DNA from: Antechinus flavipes
Taxonomy: Eukaryota
Assembly: GCF_016432865.1 (NCBI RefSeq)
Contig: NC_067398.1
Span: forward strand, 85,622,001 to 85,686,000
DNA length: 64,000 nt
Reading direction: 5' to 3'
A model generated the notes under the pieces. That model had not been told where the DNA came from and searched no databases. It saw nothing but the letters and a program-made list of their open reading frames with translations. Made by a program: the position numbers and the translations under genes. Position 1 is the stretch's first letter, and every line of letters starts with the position of its first letter. This document shows positions 62,478-64,000 of the stretch, piece by piece.

Positions 62478-62721
62478 TGTGTGGGTTTTCTCCCATAGTG
62501 CTCTCTGGCCCAAAGAGCTTCAAGGGAGGTGTGAACTCATAAAGTTACAAAGTTTACTTTGTGAAACTCCCATACTTGTGAACTCCAATGAGTAAAGGTG
62601 TGAACACAAGCCTTGTATTAATTAGTTCTACTTAGTACCTTGTTTCAGGTTCTGGCCCAAAACATCTTCTTGTAAGATTAGATCAACTCTAATTAGTTAG
62701 CAGTTTGTAAAGATTCCAACA
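62478..62721 (-). mobile_element. 3' LTR (apparently truncated, U3 portion) of a class II ERV
   Basis: TG at 62721 directly follows the polypurine tract AAAAGAAAGAGGGAGA (62722-62737, - strand); shares an about 60-bp motif with the LTR at 20560-20630; left end approximate. Confidence 0.8.
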
Positions 62722-63308
62722 TCTCCCTCTTTCTTTTGTTTTAGAACATAGGGTGGTCATGACCTCCCTGATTTCTCAAGGAGGTGAGAACCCCACCTAA
62801 AAGGTGATCATGCCTTCCCTGACACCTCAGGAAGGGAGATGAAAACACCAAAGGAAATAGGAAATCAAATCAGATTAGTGGGTTTCTGAAGGGGTACACA
62901 TAAATCCATCAATATGGGCCAGAACTTTGTAACAGATATATATGGTATACATAAATCCATCAATATGGGAGCCATTATACATAATTTACATAAGCACATA
63001 GCAATATAACACAGGCTAGTAGTAATGTAACAACATGAATCAACCTGAAAATTTACACATATCCATAAGTCCTAGAAATAGTCCATAAGGAATCCATTGT
63101 CCATTAGTTCATGTGCCAGGAATCTAATAATTCCTGTAAGCTCTGAAGTACTGCAAAAGTACTCATCAACAATTTTTCATCTCAGGGAATCCAATGAGTC
63201 TTGCTGGTTTTTCAAGAACTAAAACAGTTTCATCTTGTGTTAGGAAATCCAATGATTCCTGAAGTTTTTAAGAATCCTTTTAACAGTCTCATTGTCAGCT
63301 ATACTCTT

Positions 63309-63732
63309 TCAATGGTGAGCACAATCAGCAACAGAACCACCCGATATTTCTTGGGTCTTCTCCTTTGTTTCAAGGGTCTGCTCCATCTCTCTGCGATGGA
63401 CAAGGCGAATGCGGCTCATCGGCACCCATCTGATTCCTTCTCCACATGTAGAGATGCAAGCAAATCCTCTCCCCCAAGCAGTTAGCTTATCTGGTCCCTT
63501 CCATTCACCACTTTCTGGATCTCTCCACATCACCTGGCGATTATCTAAAGATAGTGGGGCCGCTTGCACTGGACACTGCCTTTCCGGTGGGTTATAAAAC
63601 CTGTCTGCCGGAGCCAGTGCATCTTTGTCAAAGATTAAAAAATTAATGGTATAGAGAACTAAATTTAGAAGTTCTCTAGGGTTACCCGTTGGCTCCCCCT
63701 TTCTTTTGTTTTTGGAGGAGTGTCTTAATGTC
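63309..63732 (-). pseudogene. Retroviral integrase C-terminal remnant
   Basis: DIKTLLQKQKKGG (shifted frame), then NPRELLNLVLYTINFL and VMWRDPESGEWKGPDKLTAWGRGFACIS, the W..P....WKGP....WGRG motif of betaretroviral IN. Confidence 0.9.
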
Positions 63733-63839
63733 CCTGTTTCTTCCCAACTGTAATTCTGATTGCTTTTCTGTTGGTTGATGACATCAGAGTCCTGAATTTC
63801 TAAAGTCTCTCTGGGTGTAACCTCAGCTGCTATCATGCC

Positions 63840-63998
63840 CTACCTGTCCTTTGATTGAAACTTTGGAGCTGGGTCCTGCCTCTCATTCCTCTGGGTCAAT
63901 ATACATTTAGAGGCCCAGTGAAAGCCTCGATTACATTTTGGATATGGGGTTTTGGGTTTTCTCTCACTCTGTCTTCTCACTCTATCTCCATTTCTACA
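63840..63998 (-). pseudogene. Gag nucleocapsid C-terminal remnant
   Basis: Hand translation CRNGDRVRRQSERKPKTP-YPKCNRGFHWASKC-ILTQRNERQDPAPKFQSKDR*; CX2CX4HX4C knuckle with the first Cys replaced by Tyr (TAT). Confidence 0.85.
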
Positions 63999-64000
63999 TT

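Larger units (their letters stand above)
62722..64000 (-). mobile_element. Internal region of an env-less, pro/pol-deleted betaretrovirus-like ERV (runs off the window)
   Basis: Gag NC knuckle at the window end, integrase C-terminal remnant, about 590-bp non-coding stretch, then PPT and LTR. Confidence 0.88.

Overview
Eukaryotic (marsupial, probably dasyurid-like) genomic DNA. It is AT-rich and CpG-depleted outside two CpG islands, and carries marsupial-type L1, MAR1/WSINE1-like SINEs, L2, L3/CR1, hAT MITEs and ERV LTRs. There are two protein-coding genes, arranged divergently as I recall them at human 9q31.1. PGAP4/TMEM246 (- strand) has a single coding exon at 13821-15011 (396 aa) and a CpG-island promoter at about 28.7-29.5 kb. 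RNF20/BRE1A (+ strand) has a non-coding exon 1 plus 19 coding exons at 43347-59922; by hand these splice into one uninterrupted 2946-nt ORF (981 aa plus stop). The window ends inside an internally deleted, env-less betaretrovirus-like ERV. Most short ORFs in the supplied track are repeat remnants or antisense shadows. I found no clearly new multi-gene system. The best leads are: a 34-nt PGAP4 5'UTR cassette exon that would create a uORF; a solo LTR nested in inverted orientation inside a related solo LTR in the PGAP4 intron; the gag-to-integrase deleted ERV; a rare GAG acceptor with an in-frame alternative in RNF20; a candidate RNF20 poison exon; a compact FOXA/CEBP/HNF4 motif cluster; and a 147-bp local duplication bounded by two SINE insertion sites. 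Gene and repeat names come from my recall of the families, not from a database search. Repeat boundaries without TSDs are approximate.
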